Positions 18,451-29,000 of a stretch of 58,553 nt of DNA are shown here, piece after piece (position 1 is the stretch's first letter; every line of letters begins with the position of its first letter). Below the pieces are notes generated by a model. That model had not been told where the DNA came from and did not search any database. It was given only the letters and a program-made list of their open reading frames with translations. The stretch covers positions 1 through 58,553 of the forward strand of contig JAPOKZ010000003.1 in assembly GCA_029977385.1 (NCBI GenBank). Reading direction: 5' to 3'. Both the position numbers and the translations under genes were made by a program. The stretch comes from Methanobacteriota archaeon (lineage in GTDB: Archaea; Thermoplasmatota; Poseidoniia; Poseidoniales; Thalassarchaeaceae).

Positions 18451-18906
18451 TTACTCGACCATCAGCCTTAGCTGGTCCCTCTTATACGTCCAATCCGAGT
18501 CAATCTGATTGTTCTCTCTATAGTATCTAGAAAGGCGCCGAATCTTGGACTCACATAGTTCTAGTTGCCTTCTATTGTGGATATCCTTAGAATTCTGAGA
18601 TAGATGGTCGATCAATCTTAGTGCTCGTCTCATTAGGCTCATTAGGTCCTCGGGGAGTTTAGCTGACTTTCCTAGTCTATCTAGAGTCTGGGAAATTCTT
18701 TCCCCAGTAACCAACTTTACGTTAGGAACCCCATGTTTATCTCTTAGGATTGTGCCGATTGATGAGTTTGAGTGGCCTTCTTCAGAGAGTTGCAGAATTA
18801 ACTCCTCCACTTCCTTCTTATCAGAGTTTGACCACTCCGGAGGAGTCTTAGAATGGGGTTTACTGGAGCCGCTTGCCCCCTTTCCCTTACTATGCATCCT
18901 AGACAT
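18451..18906 (-). CDS. rps15: 30S ribosomal protein uS15 (S15P/S13e)
   Basis: 151 aa, with the S13e-type N-terminus MSRMHSKGKGASGSSKP...PPEW and a C-terminal S15 helix bundle (LMSLMRRALRLIDHL...KDIHNRRQLELCESKIRRLSRYY). SD-like TGAGGT lies upstream. Confidence 0.95.
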   Translation of the reverse strand: MSRMHSKGKGASGSSKPHSKTPPEWSNSDKKEVEELILQLSEEGHSNSSIGTILRDKHGVPNVKLVTGERISQTLDRLGKSAKLPEDLMSLMRRALRLIDHLSQNSKDIHNRRQLELCESKIRRLSRYYRENNQIDSDWTYKRDQLRLMVE

Positions 18907-18979
18907 CTGTATACCTCAGGAGCCGGGCGACCTGCTGTCCCTCTTTAACCGCTACGCAGCAAATGTTGTTGACATTAGT

Positions 18980-20758
18980 TCAAAATCTATGTCTTGACTT
19001 TGCCAGTTTTCCGGGCCCGGAGGGCCATTCCCAACCTGGTGCAACTGCTCTAGCAGAACCCAGAAGTTTACCTTCCTGAATTACAGCCAATTCGTCACTC
19101 ATTAGAATAGATGGATCATAATTCTTAATCATACTAGGGAAGATATCCCCGGTCCACTCAATTCCAGGCATAATTTCTACTTCCCTAATTATTCCTAAAT
19201 CCCACAGCTCTTCAAGACTAGACTTGGAAAATAGGAACCTCCCTCTTCGGGGATCCCATTTTGCCATTTGTTCCCCATCTCTCGAGATGGTGAATATAGG
19301 AGGCCTACCTCTTATCTGGCACCCAAATAGCCATTCATCCGAGCCCAACTGGAATCTAGATATCGATTTCAACTTCTCCTCCCTTGGGCTGAAATCTAAT
19401 TCTCCGGAGTCGATTTCGAATGAGGAAGATATGGCATCCTTTAGTCTGGCCAGGGAGTTCTTTGTACCTGCAGATTCTCCCTTCCTAGTATCAATTTCAT
19501 TGATCCCGTCTAATCCTGTGGCAATGCCAGAATGATTTACAATACAAGAGTAGCCGACCCTTTCAACAAGCCTTTGAATCATTTTTCTGATTATTGATAA
19601 TTCATCTTCGTCCCATTCCCCTGTTACTGGAATGTCGTAGTGTGCTGCGGGCCAAATGTCCTCTAAATCCCTAGGAACTAGTCCCAGAGGTGACGTGACC
19701 ATGACCTCGTGCACTCTACGATTTCCAATTGATTTCCTAAATCTGGAGTGACTTTTTGAGAGTCTGTAGGGCTTCTTTGCAGAGCAAGGAAGAAGGACCA
19801 ATACGTCTCTCATTCTCTCAGGAGGCTCATATTTCTCAGCGATTTTTTCTCTCCAAAGACGAAGCGCTACATCGTTCCTACTCTCGAATGAGTGACACCT
19901 CAATTGTGTTCCAAACGGAACTGAGCTTTTCGTCATACCTAATGTTCCTGATTTGTCTAGAGAAAGTTGATCATGCCGCCTTAGGTGCTCTACTGACCTC
20001 GGACTAGATTTACTCTGAATTTCAGCTAACTCCCTCAATGATCCTGCCCTTATTGCGGATCTAGTAGAAGAAATTGCATTCACCCACATTTCACATTGAG
20101 TAACCATAGAAGGGTCCTCCTTTGTGGAAGGCTCTGGAAGTCTTGGACCGGATTCTGTTAGAAGTACGCCAAGTGATGAGGCTTGTCTAGATCTAGCCAA
20201 ATCAAAAATATCTACCCCCATCCATGAAAGCAGTGCGCAATTGTCAGGCCCCGATATGCCAGGTGCCCAAATCAATGAGGAGGGGAAGCTAGTTCGAATG
20301 GTAAAGAGTGCCGTTTCAATCATACCGATACTATTCGAAAGCTGTGGAGCGTCCATTAACGCGATTATTGAGGGTTGAAACTCCATATTTAGTAAGGAAG
20401 AGTCATGGTGCAATGAACTCCAAGTTACTGGTAAAAACTCAGATCCAGAAGGAAATTCTCCGGAGTTCGACTCAATTAGACTGGGCGGAAGAGATAAGCC
20501 CTGAGAAGACACCCATGTGTCTTTTTTATCGAATGGATAGCATAGTTTTGCACGCGTAGATATTTGCATCGATGAAGGAATTTCAGAGTTATCCAATTTA
20601 AGATACAAAGGGGCGATAGAAATTGGCAGTTCTGGATCGTCATCGCCGACAATAAGACAGGGAGAGAATGATTCTGGAGAATTCCTATCTCCGATAGAAA
20701 ATAGTCTGGAGAACCTATCTCTAGAGACAGTAGTCCTAGCTAACGGCCGCTCTTCCAT
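18980..20758 (-). CDS. arcS: archaeosine synthase (ArcS / TgtA2-type)
   Basis: An exact PC-X3-KPY-X2-S-X2-H motif (LLPCSAKKPYRLSKSH, 19749-19793) sits between an N-terminal TGT-like domain and a C-terminal PUA-like domain. I chose the start at ATG 20758 (MEERPL...). The 696-codon track ORF extends to 21070 and would overlap the divergent gene. Confidence 0.85.
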   Translation of the reverse strand: MEERPLARTTVSRDRFSRLFSIGDRNSPESFSPCLIVGDDDPELPISIAPLYLKLDNSEIPSSMQISTRAKLCYPFDKKDTWVSSQGLSLPPSLIESNSGEFPSGSEFLPVTWSSLHHDSSLLNMEFQPSIIALMDAPQLSNSIGMIETALFTIRTSFPSSLIWAPGISGPDNCALLSWMGVDIFDLARSRQASSLGVLLTESGPRLPEPSTKEDPSMVTQCEMWVNAISSTRSAIRAGSLRELAEIQSKSSPRSVEHLRRHDQLSLDKSGTLGMTKSSVPFGTQLRCHSFESRNDVALRLWREKIAEKYEPPERMRDVLVLLPCSAKKPYRLSKSHSRFRKSIGNRRVHEVMVTSPLGLVPRDLEDIWPAAHYDIPVTGEWDEDELSIIRKMIQRLVERVGYSCIVNHSGIATGLDGINEIDTRKGESAGTKNSLARLKDAISSSFEIDSGELDFSPREEKLKSISRFQLGSDEWLFGCQIRGRPPIFTISRDGEQMAKWDPRRGRFLFSKSSLEELWDLGIIREVEIMPGIEWTGDIFPSMIKNYDPSILMSDELAVIQEGKLLGSARAVAPGWEWPSGPGKLAKSRHRF

Positions 20759-20820
20759 CGGCTGTCGATGGAAGCATTTCGCTTGAAGGATTCTAAGGCA
20801 TAGTGGTACTCGCGAGTACG

Positions 20821-21921
20821 ATGAGGAGACAGTATTTCGCGATATCAATGGCAATATTGACATCGATTTCTTTAGCAAAAGGTGCTGTTGCTGACTCAGA
20901 GTTTCTAATTGAAGAGGACTTAGACGCGCCTGCGACAATTTGGGATTCCGATGGATTTGGAGAGGGTTGGATAGTAGTAACGGAAAACAATTCAACAGTT
21001 CTTGGAACCTTCGAACTAAATGACTCTGTTGACTTGTATGCGATACAAATTTCATCTTCAAACTGGACAATTATTAGTTTCTCATTATCTGGAAACGATT
21101 CAGTAAGTATTGGCTTACAAAGACTCAATCAAAGTACTTGGTCAATAGAAGAGTATGCCAACGAGGATAGTGGCGAGATTTCACTAGACCAAGGATTCCA
21201 TCTAATAAGACTGGAGAGACTAGGTAGTTACGATGGAGAGATAGATTATCGATTTACGATAAGGAACATGGGTACTTTCGATGAATCTGAAGAATACGTC
21301 AATTTGGCTTGGATGTTCACTCCTTTCTATGTATTCGCGGGAATATTCCTAATTTTTCCTATGCTGGTGGTTATCTGGTGGAATAGAGGAAATATTCTAA
21401 CTTCGAAAAACAGAAGTATCGAATTGGGAGAGGGTGAGGCGCAGGTTTTGAGTTTACTGAGGGAAAGATTCTCCAAGATTAGTGGGGATTTGGATATTGA
21501 AGAAGTTAATTCGGCACTTTCAACTCTCGGCAGAGGATCCTGGGGCGCAATATCAGAAGAGTTTGGCAAACCTGAGATAAGGCATTTCACAGAAAATATA
21601 GATATCTCTGTATGGCGAGTAGAGGGAGATTCAGGATCATTTCTTATCGGAATTGAAACAGATTGTTCCGAGTGGGAAATGGCTGCAATTAGAATCAACA
21701 CACCGCTTGGCGAACCGATAAAAATTGAAGCTGTCGTTCCTAAAATGATGTTTCAGGAAGACGAAATATATCTTGGGAACCTCAAAGATGGATTGACAAC
21801 ATTCATTCGATTAGAGGTGGTTGGAAATGCCCCAGCAGTAGAAATACATATCTCAGGAATTGTTGATGGAAAACCTGTTGCAGCAGTACCAGCAAAGACC
21901 ATAGCAATTGGAGAAGAATGA
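20821..21921 (+). CDS. hypothetical single-pass membrane protein (PPC-like ectodomain plus cytoplasmic domain)
   Basis: The ATG at 20821 gives signal peptide MRRQYFAISMAILTSISLAKG. The ectodomain has a pre-peptidase-C-terminal-like pattern (DSVDLYAIQIS...YRFTIRN). A TM helix (FTPFYVFAGIFLIFPMLVVIWW) is followed by ~170 aa of unknown domain. Confidence 0.65.
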   Translation: MRRQYFAISMAILTSISLAKGAVADSEFLIEEDLDAPATIWDSDGFGEGWIVVTENNSTVLGTFELNDSVDLYAIQISSSNWTIISFSLSGNDSVSIGLQRLNQSTWSIEEYANEDSGEISLDQGFHLIRLERLGSYDGEIDYRFTIRNMGTFDESEEYVNLAWMFTPFYVFAGIFLIFPMLVVIWWNRGNILTSKNRSIELGEGEAQVLSLLRERFSKISGDLDIEEVNSALSTLGRGSWGAISEEFGKPEIRHFTENIDISVWRVEGDSGSFLIGIETDCSEWEMAAIRINTPLGEPIKIEAVVPKMMFQEDEIYLGNLKDGLTTFIRLEVVGNAPAVEIHISGIVDGKPVAAVPAKTIAIGEE

Positions 21922-21923
21922 TT

Positions 21924-23066
21924 CTAGCGAGACCTTCTAGAGTTGGCTTCTTCCCTAATTCTATCTTCTATAGGGGGAATTGATTCTTCCAGTTCGGCTC
22001 TAATTTCTTTGATCTTTTTCTTGAGGGAGCGACTCGTCTTTTTTGGAGATTGAAGTCTGAGTACTACAGTGACTGAACCCCTTCTAGAAGTATTGCTATT
22101 GATTGGCAAACCCCTCCCACGAATGGTGATTGTTTCTCCGGGGTTGGAGCTAGGAGGGACCTTTATTGTCAAATCTTCAGAATCGATGTGCGGGATATCT
22201 ACGGTCGTACCCAGTGTAAGGTCGACGAAACTCAATGGAAGTGCCATGAGGAGATCCGCGCCGTCTCTTTCGAACCAAGGATGTTTTTCAACCTCAATCT
22301 CGATGTATAAATCTCCTGGATATCCGTTTATTGAGTTTGGAGCTTCTCCCTGTCCACGCATTCTAAGTCGATTACCCGTCATGATTCCCGGGCTAACAGA
22401 GAATTTTACTCGTATTGATTGTAAAGAGCGCCCTTCCCCGTTACATTCAGAGCACGGATCCGTGACAATTCGTCCAGAACCCCTGCATGTGGCACAGTCC
22501 TTCCTTACTCGTTGTCTGAAAGGGCCGATCATTGAGATTTCATCTATCCTCCCCCTGCCCTCGCAAGAGGGGCATGTCCTCGTACCACCTTCGATTTTAG
22601 ATCCAGAGCCGTCGCACGAAGAGCAATTCTTCAGAACTTCGATTTCAATATCATCATCCATGCCATCCATCGCAGCTTGAAATGGTACTGAGTGCCTAAC
22701 TAGGAGGTCGGAACCATGCGATCTGTCTTGCTGATGACTACCGAAGAATTGACTGAAAATTGATTCAAAACCGCCTCCGAATAAATCATCGAAATTGATA
22801 TCAACTCCTTGAAAGCCACGAGAACCGAAAGGAGAACCCCCGGGCCTTTCGTGTCCGAATACGTCGTACTTTCTCCTTTCTTCTGGATTAGAAAGGATTG
22901 CATACGCCTCTTGAATTTCCTTGAACATAGATTCTGCCTCTGGGTCATCGGGATTCTTATCCGGATGGTATTTTCTTGCCAGTGAACGAAACGACTGTTT
23001 TATTTGGTCCTCAGAAGCATCCCTGGCAATGCCAAGAACTTCGTAATAGTCTCGCTTACCAGACAT
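21924..23066 (-). CDS. dnaJ: chaperone DnaJ (type I Hsp40)
   Basis: J domain DYYEVLGI...YHPDKN, a G/F-rich linker, four CxxCxGxG zinc-finger repeats and a C-terminal substrate-binding domain. Confidence 0.95.
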   Translation of the reverse strand: MSGKRDYYEVLGIARDASEDQIKQSFRSLARKYHPDKNPDDPEAESMFKEIQEAYAILSNPEERRKYDVFGHERPGGSPFGSRGFQGVDINFDDLFGGGFESIFSQFFGSHQQDRSHGSDLLVRHSVPFQAAMDGMDDDIEIEVLKNCSSCDGSGSKIEGGTRTCPSCEGRGRIDEISMIGPFRQRVRKDCATCRGSGRIVTDPCSECNGEGRSLQSIRVKFSVSPGIMTGNRLRMRGQGEAPNSINGYPGDLYIEIEVEKHPWFERDGADLLMALPLSFVDLTLGTTVDIPHIDSEDLTIKVPPSSNPGETITIRGRGLPINSNTSRRGSVTVVLRLQSPKKTSRSLKKKIKEIRAELEESIPPIEDRIREEANSRRSR

Positions 23067-23111
23067 AGTCCTGACTTAGGCCCCGAAAGGAGTCATATCA
23101 ACCGTTCCCCA

Positions 23112-23870
23112 TCATTTCATGAAGGAGCCACATGATGTGCAATAATCTGAAACCGCGTCATTGTATGTAGAGCATGAGTTACAGAGTCTTGCTTTCTTCT
23201 GTGTGCCTTCGGGAATCGCCCATCGGGAGTCTTCAGCGGTTCTAAAAGATTGAATATCTTCGACTATCTCTTTCCCAATAGATTGTTTTTTCTTTATTTC
23301 TTGGTTCTTCTTTTCTGATCTCTTGTTTGCTGATTTCTCAACCAAGGATGAGAAGAAATGCACCATTTTCTCCGAAAATTTTCTATCTGGCAGTTTTTGT
23401 TCGTCTTTCCTTTCTTTGACTATTTCTATTCCGTTAACAGAAACAGAATATTCGGAGTTCTCTTCTTCGTGCTCTGCTTCTCCCAATTCTCTATTTATTT
23501 GCCCTATACTACCTTGCATCCTCTTTCTGGAGAATGAAGCCTTTCGCCCCCTAAAGTCAGAATGAGCCCTGGCCTCTAGTCTCTGAATTGCTACTTCTCC
23601 CTTTTCCCACAACCCCTTGTCTTCCATTTTGTATGTCTTAGATAAAGCATCTATGGCCTTTGAGCGGCGATATTCATGATCGTGAACTCGAGAGTACCGA
23701 AAGGCCAGAATTATTCCAATTATCGAAGCAAATATATGCGTCACAATTTGACCCATATCGTCATTCGAAAGTGCTTCATCTAGTCCGGGTGATAGTATCC
23801 TGAATGCAATTACTATGATATTTGGAATCATAATTAGTGCAAGTGAGACTAGACCAGAACGTTTGACCAT
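23112..23870 (-). CDS. hypothetical membrane protein with C-terminal zinc ribbon
   Basis: The ATG at 23870 (MVKRSGLVSLALIM...) avoids overlap with the divergent gene. There are two N-terminal TM helices, a charged Lys/Glu-rich middle and a C-terminal CNSC...CTSCG. Confidence 0.6.
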   Translation of the reverse strand: MVKRSGLVSLALIMIPNIIVIAFRILSPGLDEALSNDDMGQIVTHIFASIIGIILAFRYSRVHDHEYRRSKAIDALSKTYKMEDKGLWEKGEVAIQRLEARAHSDFRGRKASFSRKRMQGSIGQINRELGEAEHEEENSEYSVSVNGIEIVKERKDEQKLPDRKFSEKMVHFFSSLVEKSANKRSEKKNQEIKKKQSIGKEIVEDIQSFRTAEDSRWAIPEGTQKKARLCNSCSTYNDAVSDYCTSCGSFMK

Positions 23871-23959
23871 GGCCAATCGAGAGTTGGAATTGGTTTGAAT
23901 TTTCGTGAAAATTGGACAGGTCTGGTTATCACTATTAATGCTCAGTAATTCGGGAAAGC

Positions 23960-24448
23960 ATGGACCCCAAAGTGCGCGTGTCGACATTGGTGAGTAGTCA
24001 TGATGATCCCGACAAGGTCAAAGACTCTGTTAGGTTTATTTTTCCTGATTGGGAACCTGATAATTACCCGGAGAAATCTTCATTTCCTGTAGCGAGGAAA
24101 TCTGAGATGATTTCAGCTGAAATACCATCTATTGACGGACTTCTATCAATCCTAAAGGAAAATAGGGTCCTAGACACGGCACTAGATGCTATGGCAATGA
24201 AAGCCCATGAAGACGGGACAGTATTCCATCTCTCGAGGCAGTCTGCATCTATTGGGAAGGTGTCCTTTGTATTGGATGGAAATACCCTCGGAGGGTTGAT
24301 TGAAGTCTCATTGGACGGAACAGACATTGAGATATGGCTGGAGCAGCAGACTTGGCATGTTGGAAGAGAGAGTGTACCTAGGGAGGTAGGTGACGAGTTT
24401 GCCATGGACCCATCTGGCGATGCGTCGGAGTGGTTCCAAACATCGTAA
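23960..24448 (+). CDS. possible UPF0201 (COG1931-like) RNA-binding protein
   Basis: N-terminus VRVSTLVSSHDDPDKVKDSVRFIFP resembles the UPF0201 pattern (v.v.a.v.pTEDeeKV..ai.nlFp). HLSRQSASIGKVSF resembles the conserved l.KQAA..G.v.f segment. This is recognition by memory only. Confidence 0.45.
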   Translation: MDPKVRVSTLVSSHDDPDKVKDSVRFIFPDWEPDNYPEKSSFPVARKSEMISAEIPSIDGLLSILKENRVLDTALDAMAMKAHEDGTVFHLSRQSASIGKVSFVLDGNTLGGLIEVSLDGTDIEIWLEQQTWHVGRESVPREVGDEFAMDPSGDASEWFQTS

Positions 24449-24468
24449 TGATTTGGAGTAATCACAAA

Positions 24469-25056
24469 TCATACTTCTGCCTCTAATGCCTTACAAATCG
24501 AAATAACGAAATCAGTCTGTTGGATTAATGGAATAACATCCTCATCTGGGAGGTGCAAAAAAAGGACCTTGGGGGAGTCATTTTCTGAAGCGGCACATAG
24601 GCTTCTGTAATATGTCTCATTGCAAACATAGCCGCCTGCATCGTCGCTCAGTCTGATTCTATCTGATTGAGTAAGAATATGATCTATTAGATAACTCGGA
24701 AAATTTGTTTCTATGATCTCGGTCCCTCCTTCGATAACGAGGCCGTCTTCCACATGCCTTCCAGAATTATCGGGAGTAGTCATCATTATTCTGTTTCTTG
24801 CAAATCTTTCTATTCGTATTTCTTCAGATTTGGCTGAAAGGCCCAGATGTAAAACTGCCCGAATTTCTGGCTCATTTCTGATCCTGAGAGAAGTATGCCT
24901 AGATCCTTCTTCATCTACGCTTAGGACGCATGTTTCAATGATTTCATCATAATCAGAATTAATCGAAATTTGTTCAATTATCTGCTGCGAGATATTTTTC
25001 TCATGCTCTGAGAATGGGACGAATCCGGTAACTAGTATTGTTCCACTCACGGTCAT
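24469..25056 (-). CDS. pcp: pyrrolidone-carboxylate peptidase (peptidase C15)
   Basis: ILVTGFVPF N-terminus, Glu in IRIERFARN, Cys in GGYVCNETYY and His in FLHLP. These match the Glu-Cys-His triad contexts of pyroglutamyl peptidase I. Confidence 0.85.
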   Translation of the reverse strand: MTVSGTILVTGFVPFSEHEKNISQQIIEQISINSDYDEIIETCVLSVDEEGSRHTSLRIRNEPEIRAVLHLGLSAKSEEIRIERFARNRIMMTTPDNSGRHVEDGLVIEGGTEIIETNFPSYLIDHILTQSDRIRLSDDAGGYVCNETYYRSLCAASENDSPKVLFLHLPDEDVIPLIQQTDFVISICKALEAEV

Positions 25057-25074
25057 CCGACAACTTGTCCATAG

Positions 25075-25467
25075 TTGTCATTTTCCGTTTATATTAGTCG
25101 GCAAATTCATGCCCTCGCAATATTCGCAGGCATCGTGGCGGAAGAGTACGTGGTCCAAATCGAGGCCTCTGAAAAACAAGGTTTCAGGCCTCTAGGGGTC
25201 GTATCTGCAATCTGGAGTGAGCTTAGTGGCGGAATCGGCCCATGGGGAGCAGTGAGGCCGCTGTTTGCAGTCGCACTCTCACTAGTTCCTTTCTTATTCC
25301 TCGGGCAGCATTTCAACAGACAGCACAGAAAGGCTGGAGAATGGTTCTTGATCCAGTTTCCATTGATACCTGCATTCCTCTGGCCCTTCTTGTTCGTTTG
25401 GTCCATTGCTGATGCGTGGTGGGCCTCAAGTGGGATTGTTGCTTCATCTGAAAATAGACTTAATTAG
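25075..25467 (+). CDS. small hypothetical membrane protein
   Basis: The 130-codon ORF has a TTG start and three hydrophobic, Trp/Phe-rich segments (FPLIPAFLWPFLFVWSIADAWW). It looks more protein-like than the overlapping minus-strand ORF 25107-25406. Confidence 0.4.
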   Translation: MSFSVYISRQIHALAIFAGIVAEEYVVQIEASEKQGFRPLGVVSAIWSELSGGIGPWGAVRPLFAVALSLVPFLFLGQHFNRQHRKAGEWFLIQFPLIPAFLWPFLFVWSIADAWWASSGIVASSENRLN

Positions 25468-26003
25468 AAATCTTCTCCTAAAGAAAGAGGGCTGAACATC
25501 CCCCCAGGACTAGAAACACTGGTGAGTTGTTTCCGTATTTCGAATTCCCAATCCCTAAGTTCCTGTAATGCGGCAACGAATTCCATTTGACTCTCATTCA
25601 GAATTGTCCTAACCAGAGTATCTAGAATGTCCATTCTGTCGTTATCTACCCTATCGATCAGCTTCTCTATAGGAAATGACTCAATGCCGGGCAGTTCGAT
25701 ATTTTCTTTCTCGGTGTTCAAAGGCAATGGATTCAATATAGCCGCAGGGAGCTCCTCCCCGGCTACTTCCGCAGCGTTCTCCAGTGACTCCAGTACGATT
25801 CTGATATATTTTGAGATAACAAGCGCGACTTCGATAATTGGCATACTTAGCTGATTAGTCAAATGGACCATATTTTCTCTAAGGAAAAGCAACTTCTCGT
25901 TAACATCGGAGTTTGGAGTGGGGACGCTTCTCCCGCCATCGGCCATGACATTGTGAGGACTAGGCGGCAAATGAAATGTAGAGTTATGAAGTTCTGTCAT
26001 CAT
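25464..26003 (-). CDS. hypothetical acidic protein
   Basis: The 179-codon ORF lies immediately downstream of the TSP3 giant. The track start overlaps that gene by 20 nt; an alternative ATG at 25946 gives a 37-nt gap. No family was recognised. Confidence 0.5.
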   Translation of the reverse strand: MMTELHNSTFHLPPSPHNVMADGGRSVPTPNSDVNEKLLFLRENMVHLTNQLSMPIIEVALVISKYIRIVLESLENAAEVAGEELPAAILNPLPLNTEKENIELPGIESFPIEKLIDRVDNDRMDILDTLVRTILNESQMEFVAALQELRDWEFEIRKQLTSVSSPGGMFSPLSLGEDF

Positions 26004-29000
26004 AGCGAATTGGAGATCCGCTATTTCCCCTTATTCCATCCAATAGGTCATCATCTATCTCGAAAAAGTCGTTCAACCAGTCTCCATCTGTATCCCAATT
26101 AGTTGGATCTGTGCCATCTGCAATAGAATCCCCGTCTATATCCAGGGCCCACCACCCATAGGAATACTCGCCCAGACCAATATTTGGGAGATGAAATCTA
26201 TCTCCTGCTATCCTGTTGTACTCGTCGGTCCATGCGCCGTTAACCATGATGAGATCATTACTTGAGTTGACATCTTGGTATGAAATATCATTATCATCGA
26301 TTATCAAGGCATATAGCATGTCTTCATCGTTTATCCGGTTAACTCTAAGATAATTTGAATCAGCTGAGTTCGATCCAGAACATGTCCCAAGTAGAGTCTC
26401 TCGAAGTTGCCACCATTCCTCCACATCATCTCCTGAGCAGTCAAAAAGAGCCGTCGCCCTAACTATTGAAGGAGATGAAAGGGTGGCGTTTACTACTGCG
26501 TAGTATTCCTGGAAGTTGTTGTATGGCACGTAATCGCAGATACTCCCGGAGCAATCCCATTCTCCGTCGTTATCTGCATCCTGAGTGGCATCGCTAGGAT
26601 CTGTTGCATCGTGCGTGAACCATGTCCACTCTAATTGGGGCCTAGTGATCTGTCCATCGGAGAACTGGATAGGTTTCCAATTCTGAGGAGTAACTTCAAT
26701 CCACTGAACCTGAATTTTGAGGAAAGAAGACCAATTGTCGTTAGTCTCGTTCCAACCCCTGTGGAACTCATAGAAATCTGGCATCATGTCTCCATCTGTG
26801 TCATTATCCAAAGGATTTGTTCCATACTTGAAGATCTCCCTACCATCTGAGAGACTCATGTCCTGACGATAGTCGACAACTACTCCATCGACAAAAACTG
26901 GAGTCATCAGGACAGAGTCTGAGTCGGAGTCTGGATCCAATGGCCCTGTACCATTTCTGTACTCCATAATATTGGTGAAATATAGGGAGTTCGCCCCATT
27001 GCTAAACTGCTGATCATCTGAGAATGGAGAAAATACCCTATCCTCCCAAACGCCCTGAATTGCCGGAGTATCAAGAATGTCCCTATCCAACCAACCGTCT
27101 GCATCGGGATCATAATCCACATCCAAGGGATTCAATGGATTTAGCGACCATCTTAACGAGTTTACAGGTAGAATCTCTGAATACACCGAATAGCAGTATT
27201 CCCAACCGTCTGGCATCCCATCACCATCAGAGTCACTGTCTGTAGGGTCACTTATTCCAATCATAGATCTGTTGAAGTTATCTGGATCTTCCTGGTTAAT
27301 TAGCCCCATTTTCTCCGACGACTTCAAGCTCTTTGTTGAGAAAATGGAGTAAAGCCTATCCCATGCTGATGAATTAGAAAGTCCCTCCTCCTCGATAAAC
27401 GCATTTACGGCATCCCTGCCGTATGATACGGTATTTGTTCCATTTGGAACGTTCCCTATCTCTAACCTCTTTCCATACCATCTTGAGTCGAACTCGGCTA
27501 GATTATCGAATGACTCGGAGTCTGAAATCTCCCCATCCCCATTACAGTCGAATGAGTCATCATCGGAGTCAAAATCCACGTCAGTATCAGTTAGTGGGTT
27601 CATTGACCACTTGTTCTCCTCCAGATCCCATTCTGAGAACCAATACTCGTATCCATCAACCATTCCGTCTCTGTCTGTATCGGGGTCTTTAGGGTCAGTT
27701 ATTCCAAAAATAGCCTGTAGCATCGGTTTTGCTGGCATCCCTGACTTCCATTCGAAGTACTGATCCATTCCAAGCTCGGCCCTCCCCTCTTTGCTGAATA
27801 AAATTCTAAAAACTCTATTTTCAAATGCTAGATTGTCGATTTCTCGCGCTTCATCCCCAAAGGTCGGAACGCCTAATGGGTAGGTCTCCCCGTTTATCGG
27901 GAGATTTGAGGTCAGGTTCAATTCCACCAAGTCTCCGACCCCATCACCATCCGAATCATATCCGCCCTGATTTGGAACAAGGGGGTTTAGAGTCCATACC
28001 GAATCGGTAGAGTTCCATGTAGTGAATACCACTTCTATTCCATCCAATAGTCCGTCACCATCGGTATCGGGATTATTTGGATCCGATGAAGTACCAGTTA
28101 ATCTGGACTGTTCCTCCGTCAAAAAATGACCAAACGATTGGGAGGATTCTGCCCCAATCCAAGGAGTCTCAACGAGAGCTCCAGCCGCATCGGTCAGGTA
28201 GAACTGGGGAGAAGAGATAGTAGGGTCTGACTCACTAATTTCACTATCAATTGAGTTGTACTCTTCCCAGTTTGACATGCCATCCAAATCAGGATCTCCT
28301 AGTCCGTCACCACCATTAACCGGATTTAGGGTCCAGTCATCATCGAACAGGCCCCACCTAGCATGGTATATCTCCCAACCATCAGGCATCCCGTCATTGT
28401 CCGAATCTGAATTTAGAGGATCGGCCGAACCTATATCCTCTGTCGGCAACCCTACCCAGAGTGACAAGTAGTATTCGCCGGTTCTTTCTCCGAATGCCTC
28501 ATTTGCGAGGCCTTGCCATGAATGATGGGGTAGAGAAGAAGTGAAATTCTCCGGATATTCCAATCCGGAATGAGTTGAGTCATGCAGCAATATTTCTGAT
28601 TTCATGTGATACTCTAACCAGTTAACAAATGCCTCATCTGCATCAATGACTCCGTTTTTATTTACGTCAAATCCATCACCGTCTGGATTCTTTAGTGCAT
28701 CGGAGCCATTCATTGGATTGATTCCCGAACTAGAAGAAGGCCAATTGCAGGAGTATCTTGCCTCCCAACCATCTGGAAGTGAGTCGCCGTCTGAATCAAC
28801 TTGGTTAGGATTGGTTGGAGTCCAATTAGAAACTGATTCTGGAGACTCTCCATGGGATTGTATCCCTGTTAGTAGCGATCTTTCCCTCAGCCTCTCCCAT
28901 TCATATTCACAAAGATTAGTCAGGCCGTCCCCATCAGCATCCTCGTTTGCGTCATCTGGATTATTAGGGTCCAAAGTCCAGTCATTTCCTCCGGTATATA

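Noticed and set aside
18907-18979. A 73-nt intergenic spacer between rps15 and arcS, of tRNA-like length and with a GCGTAGCGGTTAAAG-like string on the minus strand.
   Set aside because: It has no complementary acceptor ends and no T-arm. It more likely holds the rps15 promoter (TTAAAG-like box) and the SD (TGAGGT).
20759-21128. The N-terminal 104 codons of the 696-aa track ORF (arcS extension) and the 111-aa minus-strand ORF 20793-21128.
   Set aside because: The extension is Leu/Ser/Gln-rich with no TGT-like similarity, and it overlaps the divergent signal-peptide gene. The ATG at 20758 gives a normal-length ArcS and a 62-nt divergent promoter region.
22069-22680. Plus-strand 203-aa ORF antisense to dnaJ.
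   Set aside because: It is a shadow ORF opposite the Cys-rich and C-terminal domains of a confident dnaJ.
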